Shown here: piece after piece, positions 1 through 10,610 of the stretch
Layout of the letters: every line of letters begins with the position of its first letter
How positions within the stretch are numbered: the stretch's first letter is position 1
Assembly: GCA_965223375.1 (NCBI GenBank)
Contig: OZ245000.1
Coordinates: forward strand, 275,062 to 339,061
Source: Candidatus Rariloculaceae bacterium
GTDB lineage: Bacteria > Pseudomonadota > Gammaproteobacteria > Steroidobacterales > Rariloculaceae
Direction: 5' to 3'
Length of the DNA stretch: 64,000 nucleotides
The notes under the pieces: generated by a model
The model's database searches: none
What the model was told of the DNA's origin: nothing
The model's input: only the letters and a program-made list of their open reading frames with translations
Position numbers and translations under genes: made by a program

Positions 1-162
1 GACGTCCGTGTCGGCGAATCGTTTCATGAGCGGCGCCCCGTCGCGGGCCACGAGGATCTGCCCGAAACGCCGGCGTGCAAGCTCGCGGATCAGCAACTCT
101 GTCTGCCGTTCCCCGCCTCGATAGGCTTTCGCGACGTTGACATGGGCGACAGTGAACGTCAT
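1..162 (-). CDS. Glycosyltransferase family 4, N-terminal part (runs off the window edge)
   Basis: Manual translation MTFTVAHVNVAKAYRGGERQTELLIRELARR; the GGERQ motif is typical of GT4 N-termini; divergent from the sugar cluster. Not in the ORF track. Confidence 0.7.
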   Translation of the reverse strand, partial: MTFTVAHVNVAKAYRGGERQTELLIRELARRRFGQILVARDGAPLMKRFADTDV

Positions 163-413
163 CGATGCGACGAACCGGCGAAGAGACGCGCGTAGCCTAG
201 CATAACGGCCCGGTCCGCCGGTCGCCGAGCATCGCCGGTCGCGTAGCATCGCCGGTCGCGGGCCATCACCGACAGCGGAGCAGCGAAGGGCCCCGGCACC
301 GTCCGCCGCTGCGTCGGCGAACAGCCGGCCGCGAGAAACCCGGTAATCGACGACCGATAGCGGTTAAAGTGGGCTGTGGGAAGACTACTCGGCAGCCGAC
401 AGAGATCTATCGA

Positions 414-2228
414 GTGTGCGGATTCGTAGGGGGAACCGACCCTCGCTGGGCCTATTCCGAAGCGCTCGCGTCGCTCGCACATCGAGGGCCGGATGCCTCG
501 GACCTGATGATCGATGAACCGATCAGCATCGGCTTCCGCCGCCTGAAGATCATCGATCTCGACGATTCCGCCAACCAGCCAATGCTGTCGCACGATGGCA
601 GCTGCCGTATCGCATTCAACGGCGAGATTTACGGTTTCGAGCGGCTCAGGCGGACGCTCGAGCAGCGCGGTCACAGATTCCGCACGTCATCGGATACCGA
701 AGTGGTGCTGAATGCCTACCTGGAGTGGGGACAGCAGTTCGTCTCGCACATCGACGGCATGTTCGCCATAGCGATATGGGACGCCAACACGGATCGACTG
801 CTGCTCTACCGGGACCGTGCCGGCATCAAGCCGCTCTTCTATTTCCACGACGGCCGATCGTTCGCATTCGCCTCCGAGTTGAAGGCGCTCGAGGCACTGC
901 TCGGGCCCGACCGGCTCGATTCGGACCCGACCGCACTCTACGATTTCCTGACTTACCGCTACGTGCCGGCACCGAAGACATTGTATCGACAGTGTCGCAA
1001 GCTGCGCCCCGGCCACATGCTCAGCCTCGAGCCCCGCAAAGCGGCTACGCCGCTCGTGCAGGCCTACTGGACGCTCGAGGTACCGCTCGAGCCCGAGCCG
1101 GTTGCGGTGGAGACAGCGGCCGAAACCGTGCGAGGACTCGTCGAGTCGTCCGTCCGGGACCAGATGATTGCCGATGTGCCATTGGGCTTTTTTCTCTCCG
1201 GTGGCGTCGATTCGAGTGTGGTCGTGGCTGCGGCAAGCAGGCTTCGGTCAGGCATAACGGACGCTAAACCGATAGAGACGTTCTCCATCGGCTTCGACAG
1301 CGATGCCGTCTCCGAGACCCCGGTCGCGCGCGAGATCGCGCGCTTGTTTTCTACCAGCCACCACGAACGAATACTGCTGGCTGAGGACGCCGGCGACCTG
1401 TTGCCGCGGCTCGCCACGTGGTTCGACGAGCCGTTCGCCGACGAATCCGCGATGCCTACCTGGCTCGTATCGAAGACCGCGCGCGAACGTGTAACCGTTG
1501 CTCTGACCGGGGATGGGGGCGACGAGGTATTCGGCGGATATCGAACGTACCCGCGTTACATCCGAAACGTGGCGCCGCCGTCATGGCCGGAGTGGATGGA
1601 TCGGCTGAGTAGCCGAATTCGGGCGCGGCTCAATTCCCGCAACCCCTTGTCCCGACTCCTGAGACTGCTCGAATTGCGGATGAGCTCGGGTCCGGCACTC
1701 TGGGCGCGCATCATGTTCGCGATGTCGCCAGCCGCGAGAGCGAGCTACGCTGCCTTGCTGGAGATTCCGGCGGACTACGACGAGCTGTGGTACTACCGGC
1801 AACACTGGCGCCCCGAGCTACCGGCCCGAACGCGGCTACAGTATCTGGACTTTCACACGTTTCTGCCGGATCTCGTGCTGACCAAGGTCGACCGAACGAG
1901 CATGGCCGTCTCGCTCGAGGCGAGGGTCCCGCTGCTCGCCCGCGAGCTGATCGAATATTCGTTCGGGCTGCCGGAGAGCGTCAGATATGCCAACGGCGAG
2001 CTGAAAGGGATTCTGAAACGCGCGTTCAGCGATCTGCTGCCGCGCGACATTCTCGACCGGCGCAAGAAGGGCTTCGGCATTCCGCGCCACTATCTGCGGG
2101 ACCGCGCCGCCGGCCGGCCGATCCAGGCGCACGTGCTCGATTCACTCTATCTGTCCAACCCCCCACAGCCCGCCGACAGGTCGGCCCGACGGTCCATCCA
2201 CCGCGAATCGGACACCGAGGCGCGCTAG
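414..2228 (+). CDS. asnB: Asparagine synthase-type glutamine amidotransferase, probably acting on surface glycan
   Basis: GTG at 414 gives MCG with the Ntn nucleophile Cys; HRGPD, FNGEIY, LSGGVDSS, GDGGDE and RRKKGF motifs. Confidence 0.9.
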   Translation: MCGFVGGTDPRWAYSEALASLAHRGPDASDLMIDEPISIGFRRLKIIDLDDSANQPMLSHDGSCRIAFNGEIYGFERLRRTLEQRGHRFRTSSDTEVVLNAYLEWGQQFVSHIDGMFAIAIWDANTDRLLLYRDRAGIKPLFYFHDGRSFAFASELKALEALLGPDRLDSDPTALYDFLTYRYVPAPKTLYRQCRKLRPGHMLSLEPRKAATPLVQAYWTLEVPLEPEPVAVETAAETVRGLVESSVRDQMIADVPLGFFLSGGVDSSVVVAAASRLRSGITDAKPIETFSIGFDSDAVSETPVAREIARLFSTSHHERILLAEDAGDLLPRLATWFDEPFADESAMPTWLVSKTARERVTVALTGDGGDEVFGGYRTYPRYIRNVAPPSWPEWMDRLSSRIRARLNSRNPLSRLLRLLELRMSSGPALWARIMFAMSPAARASYAALLEIPADYDELWYYRQHWRPELPARTRLQYLDFHTFLPDLVLTKVDRTSMAVSLEARVPLLARELIEYSFGLPESVRYANGELKGILKRAFSDLLPRDILDRRKKGFGIPRHYLRDRAAGRPIQAHVLDSLYLSNPPQPADRSARRSIHRESDTEAR

Positions 2229-2258
2229 AATTCCGTCCGGACTGACCGACCGCGCTGC

Positions 2259-3365
2259 ATGAGTACCGACACTGCCAGACCGAAAACCGCCCTGATTACC
2301 GGCATCACCGGCCAGGACGGTGCGTATCTCGCCGAACTTCTGCTCGATGAAGGGTATGCGGTCCACGGCATCAAACGGCGCGCGTCGTCTTTCAATACCG
2401 ATCGAATCGACCACCTCTACACGGACCCACACTCGCCGGATCACCGCATGCAGCTGCATTACGGCGATCTGACCGATGCGACCAATCTGATCCGAATCGT
2501 GCAGGACGTGCAGCCGGACGAAATTTACAACCTGGCCGCACAAAGCCACGTCGCCGTGTCGTTCGAGACACCGGAATATACCGCGAACTCCGATGCGCTC
2601 GGGACGCTCCGTCTGCTCGAGGCGATACGAATCTGCGGCCTTTCGTCGCGTACCCGTTTCTATCAGGCGTCGACCTCGGAGATGTACGGCAAGGTCGCCG
2701 ACACACCGCAGAACGAAACCACTCCGTTCTACCCGCGCTCGCCATACGGCGCGGCCAAGGTCTATGCCTACTGGATCACAGTCAACTACCGCGAAGCCTA
2801 CGGCCTGTTCGCCTGCAACGGCATTCTCTTCAACCACGAGTCGCCGATTCGCGGCGAAACTTTCGTGACGCGGAAGATCACCCGGGGCCTTGCGAGAATC
2901 AGCGTCGGCCTCGACGACTGCCTGTTTCTCGGCAATCTCGACGCCCGACGGGACTGGGGTCACGCCCGGGACTACGTTCGGGCACAGTGGCGAATACTGC
3001 AGCAGGACGCGCCGGACGACTACGTCATAGCGAGCGGTCACCAACATTCCGTCCGCGAATTCGCCGAACGGGCTGCAGCCGAGCTCGACATCGGTATCGA
3101 GTGGCGCGGAGAAGGCGCCGATGAGGTGGGGATCGATGTCGCATCGGGGAACGTGCTGATCCGTATCGATCCGCGTTACTTTCGACCGACTGAGGTCGAC
3201 ACGCTGCTGGGCGACGCGACTAAAGCAAGGGAGCGCCTTGGCTGGTCGCCTCAGGTCGGTTTCGGCGATCTGGTCGCCGAGATGGTGACCAATGACCTGG
3301 AACTGGCGCGGCGCGACGCGCTGATCAAACGCGAGGGTTACCGGGTCTACGAGCACCGCGAATGA
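2259..3365 (+). CDS. gmd: GDP-mannose 4,6-dehydratase
   Basis: [40 protein letters not shown]. Confidence 0.97.
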   Translation: MSTDTARPKTALITGITGQDGAYLAELLLDEGYAVHGIKRRASSFNTDRIDHLYTDPHSPDHRMQLHYGDLTDATNLIRIVQDVQPDEIYNLAAQSHVAVSFETPEYTANSDALGTLRLLEAIRICGLSSRTRFYQASTSEMYGKVADTPQNETTPFYPRSPYGAAKVYAYWITVNYREAYGLFACNGILFNHESPIRGETFVTRKITRGLARISVGLDDCLFLGNLDARRDWGHARDYVRAQWRILQQDAPDDYVIASGHQHSVREFAERAAAELDIGIEWRGEGADEVGIDVASGNVLIRIDPRYFRPTEVDTLLGDATKARERLGWSPQVGFGDLVAEMVTNDLELARRDALIKREGYRVYEHRE

Positions 3366-3375
3366 GAGACGATCA

Positions 3376-4332
3376 GTGAAACGCGACGCGCCCATATTCG
3401 TTGCCGGGCATCGCGGGCTGGCGGGTTCTGCGATCGTTCGCGAGCTGGTGCGAAGAGATCACTCCGACATCGTCACGCGCACGCGCGACGAGCTCGACCT
3501 GCGGGATACGCCTGCCGTGGATGCCTTCTTCGCCGAGTCGCGCCCGACCTACGTCGTACTTGCAGCCGCCAGGGTCGGCGGTATCCTCGCGAACGCCACC
3601 CGGCCGGTCGACTTCCTCGGCGAAAACCTGCGCATCCAGAGCAACGTCATCGAGTCAGCGCACCGGCACGGCGTCGAGAAGCTCTGCTTTCTCGGCTCGA
3701 GCTGCATTTACCCGCGACTCGCGCCGCAACCGATACTCGAGTCGGCCCTGCTGACGGGACCGCTCGAGCAGACCAACGAGGGGTATGCCATCGCCAAGAT
3801 TGCCGGAATCAAGTTGTGCCAGGCCTACGCGGCACAATTCGGCTTCAATGCGATCTCGCTGATGCCGACGAATCTGTATGGGCCCGGGGACAATTTCGAC
3901 CTGCGATCGTCGCACGTGCTACCGGCGCTGCTGCGTAAGTTTCACGAAGCCGTGCGCAGTGGCGCCGATACGGTCGAGATCTGGGGAAGCGGCGCACCGC
4001 GGCGCGAGTTTCTGTTCGTCGACGACCTGGCAGACGCGGTCTGCCACATGATGGAACACTACGATGACCCGACACCCGTCAACATCGGCACCGGCGAGGA
4101 CATCGCGATCTCGGATCTCGCGAGGATGATCGCGGGAATCACCGGCTTCGACGGCGAGCTCGAGTTCGATCGGACGAAGCCCGACGGGACCCCGCGCAAG
4201 TTGCTGGATGTCTCCACGGCGACCTCGCTCGGCTGGAAGTCGAAGACCTCACTGAGCGAAGGTCTGGACCGCACTTACGCCTGGTATCTCGAGAACGACC
4301 CGAGACGCTCCCACGAGCTTGCCGATGCGTAA
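3376..4332 (+). CDS. fcl: GDP-L-fucose synthase
   Basis: GHRGLAGSA, LGSSCIYP, YAIAK, PTNLYGP, SHVLPAL, KPDGTPRK; follows gmd. Confidence 0.95.
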   Translation: MKRDAPIFVAGHRGLAGSAIVRELVRRDHSDIVTRTRDELDLRDTPAVDAFFAESRPTYVVLAAARVGGILANATRPVDFLGENLRIQSNVIESAHRHGVEKLCFLGSSCIYPRLAPQPILESALLTGPLEQTNEGYAIAKIAGIKLCQAYAAQFGFNAISLMPTNLYGPGDNFDLRSSHVLPALLRKFHEAVRSGADTVEIWGSGAPRREFLFVDDLADAVCHMMEHYDDPTPVNIGTGEDIAISDLARMIAGITGFDGELEFDRTKPDGTPRKLLDVSTATSLGWKSKTSLSEGLDRTYAWYLENDPRRSHELADA

Positions 4333-5155
4333 CCGTCCGCTGCGCGACGCGTTGGCTGCAGGCGTCGGCGCCGTCGGCCTGCACACGGTGCGGCGGACCC
4401 GGCGCGCGGATGTCGCAGCGCTCGTCGAATCCCTGCAGCCGCTCGACAGCGGGCATGGTTTGATTCGCATCGGACCCGATGGCGACGGCGGCTACCTCGT
4501 CCCGGACGATATCTCCGGTATCGAAGAGGCATTCTCGCCGGGCGTCTCGACGGAATCCGGCTTCGAGCTCGACCTGAGCACTCGAGGTATGCGCGTACAC
4601 ATGGCTGACTACTCGGTCGATGGCCCCGCCGCGGTGAGCCCGCGCTTCACGTTCGTGAAGAAATTCGTCGGGTCGTTTCCGACCGAAAGCACGATGACGA
4701 TGGACGGCTGGATCGACGCAAAGAGCGAGTCGGACGGCGACCTCCTGCTGCAGATGGACATCGAAGGCGCCGAATTCGAGGTGCTGACGAACCTGTCCTG
4801 CGACCTGTTGGCGCGCTTTCGGATTCTCGTCGTCGAGTTCCACTATCTTCACCAGCTCTGGAACAAGCCGTGGTTCCTGCAGGTGTCACGGGTGTTCGAG
4901 AAACTTCTGATGGGCCACTCCGTTGTGCACGTCCATCCGAACAACTGCTGCGGGTCATTCCGCAGCGGCGGTCTCGAGATCCCGCGAGTTGCGGAATTCA
5001 CCTTTCTCCGTAACGATCGGTTTCGCCAACGCGAACCTCGCACCGATTTTCCGCACGCGCTGGATCGCGACAACACCGGCAAGCCCACTCTGCCGCTTCC
5101 GACATGCTGGTTCGACGCGCGGGAGACCCTCAGAATACGTGGACGTCGGCCTTAG
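4325..5155 (+). CDS. FkbM-like SAM-dependent methyltransferase
   Basis: RIGPDGDGGY, LLQMDIEGAE, VHVHPNN motifs; overlaps the fcl stop. Confidence 0.7.
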   Translation: MRNRPLRDALAAGVGAVGLHTVRRTRRADVAALVESLQPLDSGHGLIRIGPDGDGGYLVPDDISGIEEAFSPGVSTESGFELDLSTRGMRVHMADYSVDGPAAVSPRFTFVKKFVGSFPTESTMTMDGWIDAKSESDGDLLLQMDIEGAEFEVLTNLSCDLLARFRILVVEFHYLHQLWNKPWFLQVSRVFEKLLMGHSVVHVHPNNCCGSFRSGGLEIPRVAEFTFLRNDRFRQREPRTDFPHALDRDNTGKPTLPLPTCWFDARETLRIRGRRP

Positions 5156-6017
5156 CGCCGCCGAGCCACCACGCCGTTTCGCTGAACGTGCTGAGATAGC
5201 TCGCGAAGAGCACCGGTAAGCGGGCCAGCAGCAGCATGTCGATCAGGTCCTCGACAATGCCCTCGGGCTGCTGCCAGCTGGCCTCCCGCGCCGTCACACG
5301 GGGAAATTCGAGGACGCGATCGGCGCCGGCGACACCGGCCAGCCAGCCCGCCACCTGATCACTGTCGCTGACGACGAGTAAGCGCGTTTCTTCCGGCAGC
5401 CCCGCCACGAGACGGGTCAGCGCCCCTTTCGCCGGCTCGTGATACTTGCGCTGTCGGCGTGGATCGTCGCGCCAGGTACGTACCTGCACGCCTGCCACGG
5501 CACCGGTCAGGTTTTCTCCGGCCCATTGGTCTGCGCGCTCGAGGATCTCAGGCCGAACGCCGATCCGGCGGAAAACCGGCACCCACTCGCGAATGACCGG
5601 TGCGGGTATGCGGCCATACTCGAGATCGATGTGCCGCGCATCGCGGCGGGTCGACCGTCGGGAGTGCTGCTTCGGAAACAGCATGTAGCGGTAGGTATCG
5701 TCCGGCTGCCCACGGAGGTTCCAGATCAGCTTCCCCGCTCCCCGCACCAGCGGATGTGCCCCCGCTCCGACACGGGCGAACCCGCGTGGCAGGTGCTGCT
5801 CGTCATTCGGGAGAACGGCAAGCCGCCACGAGCAGTAGGCACCGGCACCCTCGGGTACTTGCTCGACCTCGCAGTCGTTGGTGAACAACTCGCCGAACGC
5901 GGCCGGCATGTTGGCGGTCCGCGACCAGACGACCCGCGCATCCGCGTCGAGCCGCATCGCAGAGGCCCAGGATTTGATCCGGTTGCCGAGGCCGCCGGTC
6001 TCGGTAGAGACAATCAC
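5130..6017 (-). CDS. Putative fucosyltransferase (GT11/GT23/NodZ-like)
   Basis: GGLGNR at the N-terminus, GVQVRT, VSDS, and DLIDMLLLA...STFS motifs; next to gmd/fcl. Start codon uncertain. Confidence 0.65.
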   Translation of the reverse strand: MIVSTETGGLGNRIKSWASAMRLDADARVVWSRTANMPAAFGELFTNDCEVEQVPEGAGAYCSWRLAVLPNDEQHLPRGFARVGAGAHPLVRGAGKLIWNLRGQPDDTYRYMLFPKQHSRRSTRRDARHIDLEYGRIPAPVIREWVPVFRRIGVRPEILERADQWAGENLTGAVAGVQVRTWRDDPRRQRKYHEPAKGALTRLVAGLPEETRLLVVSDSDQVAGWLAGVAGADRVLEFPRVTAREASWQQPEGIVEDLIDMLLLARLPVLFASYLSTFSETAWWLGGAKADVHVF

Positions 6018-6031
6018 GGCGCCAACGACGA

Positions 6032-6523
6032 TCAGGGCGCCACGTAACGATCGTGGCAATCGAGGCAGGCGTAATAGAGTTGCTCACCGGCGGCCAGCAC
6101 CGCCTCGGGGTCCTGTGCGAGCGCGGCCTCAGCCGCAGCGATACCGGTGTCGATCAATGCTTGCGAATACTGCATCCAGTCGGCTTCGGCGATGGCCCGC
6201 GGCGGCATCATCAACAGATTGCCTGACTCGGCCAGGGCGATCGCGGCTGCCCATACTTCCTCCCATTCCTCTTCAGATTCAGGAAATAACTCATTGATTC
6301 CATTATCGTCAATGACGATAGCAACGGACTCCCAGTAGACTTCGGCGCTGTGCCCCAGCACGCTCTCCATCAGCTCGAGCACGGTCGCCGCCGGTCGATA
6401 CGGGGGCGACTGCGGCGCCTCGGACGACGCTGCTGATTGCGGCGTCGTTGTTGTCGGGCCGGCGCAGGCCGCAAGCGCGAGGCTTCCGATCAGTGCCGTC
6501 AACCAGTGTCTGTCGAAAGTCAT
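6032..6523 (-). CDS. Lipoprotein cytochrome c, class II / c'-like
   Basis: Lipobox LAAC; single C-terminal CLDCH heme motif. Confidence 0.75.
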   Translation of the reverse strand: MTFDRHWLTALIGSLALAACAGPTTTTPQSAASSEAPQSPPYRPAATVLELMESVLGHSAEVYWESVAIVIDDNGINELFPESEEEWEEVWAAAIALAESGNLLMMPPRAIAEADWMQYSQALIDTGIAAAEAALAQDPEAVLAAGEQLYYACLDCHDRYVAP

Positions 6524-6621
6524 GCGTCTTCTCCTGCCAACCACATGCACGGCCCCGGGCGCAGTATGCCGGACCCGGACGCCGCGGGCCCGATCGGCTA
6601 ACCGCCGGGCGCGGTTTGCGC

Positions 6622-6659
6622 TACACTAATCCTTTGTGTACAAATTATTCGTGTTCGAA
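6622..6659 (+). promoter_or_regulatory. Putative -10 element and tandem palindromic operators of the MarR gene
   Basis: TACACT at 6622-6627, then TTTGT-GT-ACAAA (6633-6644) and TTCG-TGTT-CGAA (6648-6659), which abuts the ATG. Confidence 0.45.
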
Positions 6660-7198
6660 TGACTGACTCATTGAGCGATGTCATCCCCGCCGAATCCGGC
6701 CTGGAAGACGATGTGTTGCGGTCACTGCGCCGCATCATCCGCGCCGTCGACCTCTACAATCGCCGCCTGGTGCACGCAACCGGGGTGAGCGGACCCCAGC
6801 TGATGTGCCTGCGCGAACTCGATCGCAACAGCCCGATGGCGGCCGGCAAGCTCGCCGCGGCAGTCAATCTCAGCGCCGCCACGGTTTGCGGCATTCTCGA
6901 CCGGCTCGAGGCACGCGCACTGATCCGGCGCGAACGCTGCCGCACTGACAGACGCCGCGTCGATGTCAGCATTACGAAGACCGGCCGGACCACGCTCACC
7001 GATGCGCCCCCGGATCTCCACGATCGGTTTCTTTTTCGTTTCCGAACGCTGCCGCCCGAGAGGCAGGCGGGTATTCACGCTGTGTTGGTCGAACTGGTCG
7101 AGATGATGTCGGCCGACGATCTCGATGCCGCGCCGATCCTCGTGCCGGGACACAGCGTCCTTTCAGGCACGCCGCCGGACTCAGTGCCTCAGGCCTGA
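6659..7198 (+). CDS. MarR-family regulator, EctR/CosR-like
   Basis: VLRSLRRIIRAVDL start, wHTH with DRRRV, C-terminal LDAAPIL as in EctR-type proteins; upstream of osmolyte genes. Confidence 0.8.
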   Translation: MTDSLSDVIPAESGLEDDVLRSLRRIIRAVDLYNRRLVHATGVSGPQLMCLRELDRNSPMAAGKLAAAVNLSAATVCGILDRLEARALIRRERCRTDRRRVDVSITKTGRTTLTDAPPDLHDRFLFRFRTLPPERQAGIHAVLVELVEMMSADDLDAAPILVPGHSVLSGTPPDSVPQA

Positions 7199-7272
7199 TA
7201 TCGCCTCAATTTCAACGTGCCGTGCTTTTCGCGGCACGCCGATCATCCTCTTATCGCAACCGGAGATGTCCC

Positions 7273-8103
7273 TTGGGAAACTCGAATGTCCAGAACTACG
7301 GCGAAGACCCGCTAAGCGTCCGCAATACTGATCACTATCAGAACGAGTACGCGCAGTCGTTCGTGGAAAAGTGGGACGAGCTGATCGACTGGGGCGGCCG
7401 GCGCGAGTCGGAAGGCGAGTTCTTTATCCAGGTCCTGCGGGACCACGGCGTGCAGAAAGTGCTCGACGTCGCTACAGGCACCGGCTTCCATTCCGTACAG
7501 TTGCTCAAGGCGGGCTTCGAGGTCACGAGCGTTGACGGCAGCCCGACAATGCTGGCGAAGGCGTTCGAGAATGCGCGCCAGCACGGCTACATCCTGCGGA
7601 CGATTCAGGCCGACTGGCGCTGGCTCAACCGCGACGTCCACGATCTCTATGATGCGGTGATCTGCCTGGGCAACTCGTTTACGCACCTGCACGACGAAAA
7701 CGACCGGCGCAAGAGTCTGGCGGAGTACTATGCGACGCTCCGGCACAGAGGTCTGCTCGTGCTGGACCAGCGCAACTATGACGCGCTGCTCGACAAACAA
7801 GTCGAACCGTCGCACAAGTACTACTACTGCGGCGAGGACGTCACGGTCGAACCGGAGCACGTCGATGAGAGCCTCGCCCGCTTCCGCTACAGCTTCGCCG
7901 ACGGCGATACGTATCACCTCAACATGTTTCCGATCCGCAAGAACTACGTCCAGCGCCTGATGAAAGAGGTCGGCTTCCAGCGTGTGACGACATATGGGGA
8001 CTTTCAGGAAACCTATCGCGACAAGGAACCCGACTTCTTCGTTCACGTGGCGGAAAAGGCGTATCAGGAATCGGCCGCGAACGACGACGGCCCTGCGCAG
8101 TGA
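7273..8103 (+). CDS. Glycine/sarcosine N-methyltransferase
   Basis: FVEKWDELIDW, VLDVATGTGF, CLGNSFTH, LDQRNYD, YYYCG; TTG start after GGAG. Confidence 0.92.
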   Translation: MGNSNVQNYGEDPLSVRNTDHYQNEYAQSFVEKWDELIDWGGRRESEGEFFIQVLRDHGVQKVLDVATGTGFHSVQLLKAGFEVTSVDGSPTMLAKAFENARQHGYILRTIQADWRWLNRDVHDLYDAVICLGNSFTHLHDENDRRKSLAEYYATLRHRGLLVLDQRNYDALLDKQVEPSHKYYYCGEDVTVEPEHVDESLARFRYSFADGDTYHLNMFPIRKNYVQRLMKEVGFQRVTTYGDFQETYRDKEPDFFVHVAEKAYQESAANDDGPAQ

Positions 8104-8939
8104 GCAGCGGCTATTCGAGCATCGTCGCAACCGCCCGCGATTACTACAACAGCGCCGACGCAGACAACTTTTACTACCAGATCTGGGGCGGCGAGGACAT
8201 TCACATCGGCCTGTACGCGGCCCCGGACGAAGCGATAGCGACGGCTTCGCAACGCACCGTTGAAACGATGATCGACACCTATGGCCGGCTGTCCGCCGAG
8301 ACCAGGGTCGTCGACCTCGGTGCCGGCTACGGCGGCACCGCCCGACTGATGGCGCGACGCCATGGTTGCCGTATCGCCTGCATCAACCTCAGCGAGGTAC
8401 AAAACGAACGCAACCGCCGGTTCAACGCCGGAGCCGGGCTGGGCGGACTGATCGACGTCTACGATGCAAGCTTCGAGAACGTACCGCTGGACGACGATGG
8501 TTTCGACCTCGTCTGGTCTCAGGACTCGATCCTCCACGCCGGCGACCGGGCGCGGGTGCTGAATGAGGTCGACCGCCTGCTTCGACCCGGCGGCAGCTTC
8601 ATCTTCACTGATCCGATGCAGGCCGATCACTGCGATCCCGATGCCCTTGCGCCGATACTCGAACGGCTGCACCTGACGTCGCTCGGATCGTTCGCCTACT
8701 ACCGATCAGAGGCAGCCGTCCGCGGGTGGGAAGAGGTCGCCGTGGCAGATCACACACAGCAGCTGGTCAACCACTACTCGCGCGTCCGGGAGGAGCTCGA
8801 GTCGCGCTATTCCGAGCTCGAAAATGTCATCTCTCGCAACTATTTCGAGAGGATGGTTGCCGGCCTCGGCCACTGGATTGTAGGCGGCCGGAACGGCAAC
8901 CTGGCATGGGGCATCCTGCATTTCAGAAAACCGGCCTGA
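8100..8939 (+). CDS. Sarcosine/dimethylglycine N-methyltransferase
   Basis: YYNSADADNFY, WGGEDIHIGLY, DLGAGYGG, WSQDSILH, FTDPM; GTGA overlap with the upstream methyltransferase. Confidence 0.92.
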   Translation: MSSGYSSIVATARDYYNSADADNFYYQIWGGEDIHIGLYAAPDEAIATASQRTVETMIDTYGRLSAETRVVDLGAGYGGTARLMARRHGCRIACINLSEVQNERNRRFNAGAGLGGLIDVYDASFENVPLDDDGFDLVWSQDSILHAGDRARVLNEVDRLLRPGGSFIFTDPMQADHCDPDALAPILERLHLTSLGSFAYYRSEAAVRGWEEVAVADHTQQLVNHYSRVREELESRYSELENVISRNYFERMVAGLGHWIVGGRNGNLAWGILHFRKPA

Positions 8940-8965
8940 CCACGCGCGGAACCGGGAATTCACCG

Positions 8966-10525
8966 ATGAAGAACTGGCGATTGCGCAGCAGCGATGGGAC
9001 GTTGCTGGCCGACATCAACGTTCCCGTATTCGCGGGCTCGGCAGGTCTGATCATCGGCGCAGTCGCTCTCGGACTGATCCACCTCGACACGCTGCGAACT
9101 TCCATCGACGCGGCTCAGGCGTGGATCGCAACGTATACGGGCTGGTTTTTCGTTCTCACTGTCAACGTGATTCTCGCGTATCTGCTCTACCTGCTGGTTG
9201 CCCGCCCGGCCCGGACGAGACTGGGTGGACAAGACGCCGAACCCGAATTCAGTCGTCGCTCATGGCTCGCGATGCTGTTTTCGGCCGGCATGGGTATCGG
9301 CCTGATGTTCTATGGCGTTGCCGAGCCGCTGTTCCATCTGACGGATCCGCCGCGCGGTTCGCCGGGGAGCTATGAGGATGCAATCGCGTGGACGTATCTG
9401 CACTGGGGCCTGCACGCGTGGGGCATCTACGCGTTGACCGGCCTCGCGCTCGCCTATTTCGCATTCAACCGCGGATATCCGCTCAGCATTCGCAGCGTCT
9501 TCAGCCCGTTGCTCGGTGAACGGATCAGAGGCTGGCCGGGACATCTGATCGACATCATTGCCAGCGTGGCAACCCTGTTTGGCGTGGCCACGTCGCTCGG
9601 CCTCGGCGCACAGCAAATCAATGCCGGCCTGAATCAGCTCTTCGGTACACCGGTTGGCGGACCGACACAGATTCTGCTGATTGGGCTGATTACGGCAGTG
9701 GCCACTGTCTCGGTCGTTCTCGGCGTAGAACGCGGTATCAAGCGGCTGTCGGTCTTCAATATCGGCATCGCATTGCTACTGATGCTCGCAGTTCTATTCA
9801 TCGGCCCGACGCTCTTCATTCTGAACGGTTTCGTCGAAAACATCGGAATCTACCTGAGCAGACTGCCCGCCGCCGCGTTCTGGAACGAAACCTACACGGG
9901 TCGAAACTGGCAGGACGGGTGGACCGTGTTCTACTGGGGCTGGTGGATAGCGTGGGCCCCGTTCGTCGGCATGTTCATCGCCAGGATCTCGGTCGGTCGA
10001 AGCATCCGCGAGTACATTGGCGGCGCGCTGCTCGCGGCGACGGGCATGACGTTCGCCTGGCTTGCAGTTTTCGGAGGCTCGGCGCTCTACCTGGAGCTGA
10101 ACGGACCCGGCGGACTGGCCGACGCCGCAACAAGGGATGTCGCCCGTTCGCTGTTCGTCTTTCTCGAGATGCTGCCCGACACCTCCGACATCGCCCTGCC
10201 GGGCTGGATCGGTGGCACGCTCGGCGCCGTCGCGACTCTGGCGATCGCGACTTTCTTCGTCACATCATCGGACTCCGGTTCGCTGGTCATCGACATCATC
10301 ACGGCTGGTGGTGAGCCGAATCCACCCACCGCCCAGCGCGTCTTCTGGGCCGTGCTCGAAGGCATCGTCGCGGCAACTCTGCTCGTCGGCGGTGGGCTGG
10401 TCGCCCTGCAGACGGCGGCGATCTCGGCCGGATTACCGTTCGCGTTCCTGCTGCTGCTGATGGTCGTTGGCGTGAATCGCGCGCTGCAGCAGGACGCGAC
10501 GCAACCGCCGACCATCGCCCGCTGA
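8966..10525 (+). CDS. BCCT-family betaine/choline/carnitine transporter
   Basis: MLFSAGMGIGLMF, HWGLHAWGIY, WTVFYWGWWIAWAPFVGMFIARIS, TSSDSGS. Confidence 0.93.
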   Translation: MKNWRLRSSDGTLLADINVPVFAGSAGLIIGAVALGLIHLDTLRTSIDAAQAWIATYTGWFFVLTVNVILAYLLYLLVARPARTRLGGQDAEPEFSRRSWLAMLFSAGMGIGLMFYGVAEPLFHLTDPPRGSPGSYEDAIAWTYLHWGLHAWGIYALTGLALAYFAFNRGYPLSIRSVFSPLLGERIRGWPGHLIDIIASVATLFGVATSLGLGAQQINAGLNQLFGTPVGGPTQILLIGLITAVATVSVVLGVERGIKRLSVFNIGIALLLMLAVLFIGPTLFILNGFVENIGIYLSRLPAAAFWNETYTGRNWQDGWTVFYWGWWIAWAPFVGMFIARISVGRSIREYIGGALLAATGMTFAWLAVFGGSALYLELNGPGGLADAATRDVARSLFVFLEMLPDTSDIALPGWIGGTLGAVATLAIATFFVTSSDSGSLVIDIITAGGEPNPPTAQRVFWAVLEGIVAATLLVGGGLVALQTAAISAGLPFAFLLLLMVVGVNRALQQDATQPPTIAR

Positions 10526-10610
10526 GACCGGCCGCGCCGGCCCGCGTCCCTCCCGCCGATCGAAGCAGCACTGTCAGGCCCGGTTGCGATGCCCGCGGCA
10601 CCGCCAAGAC

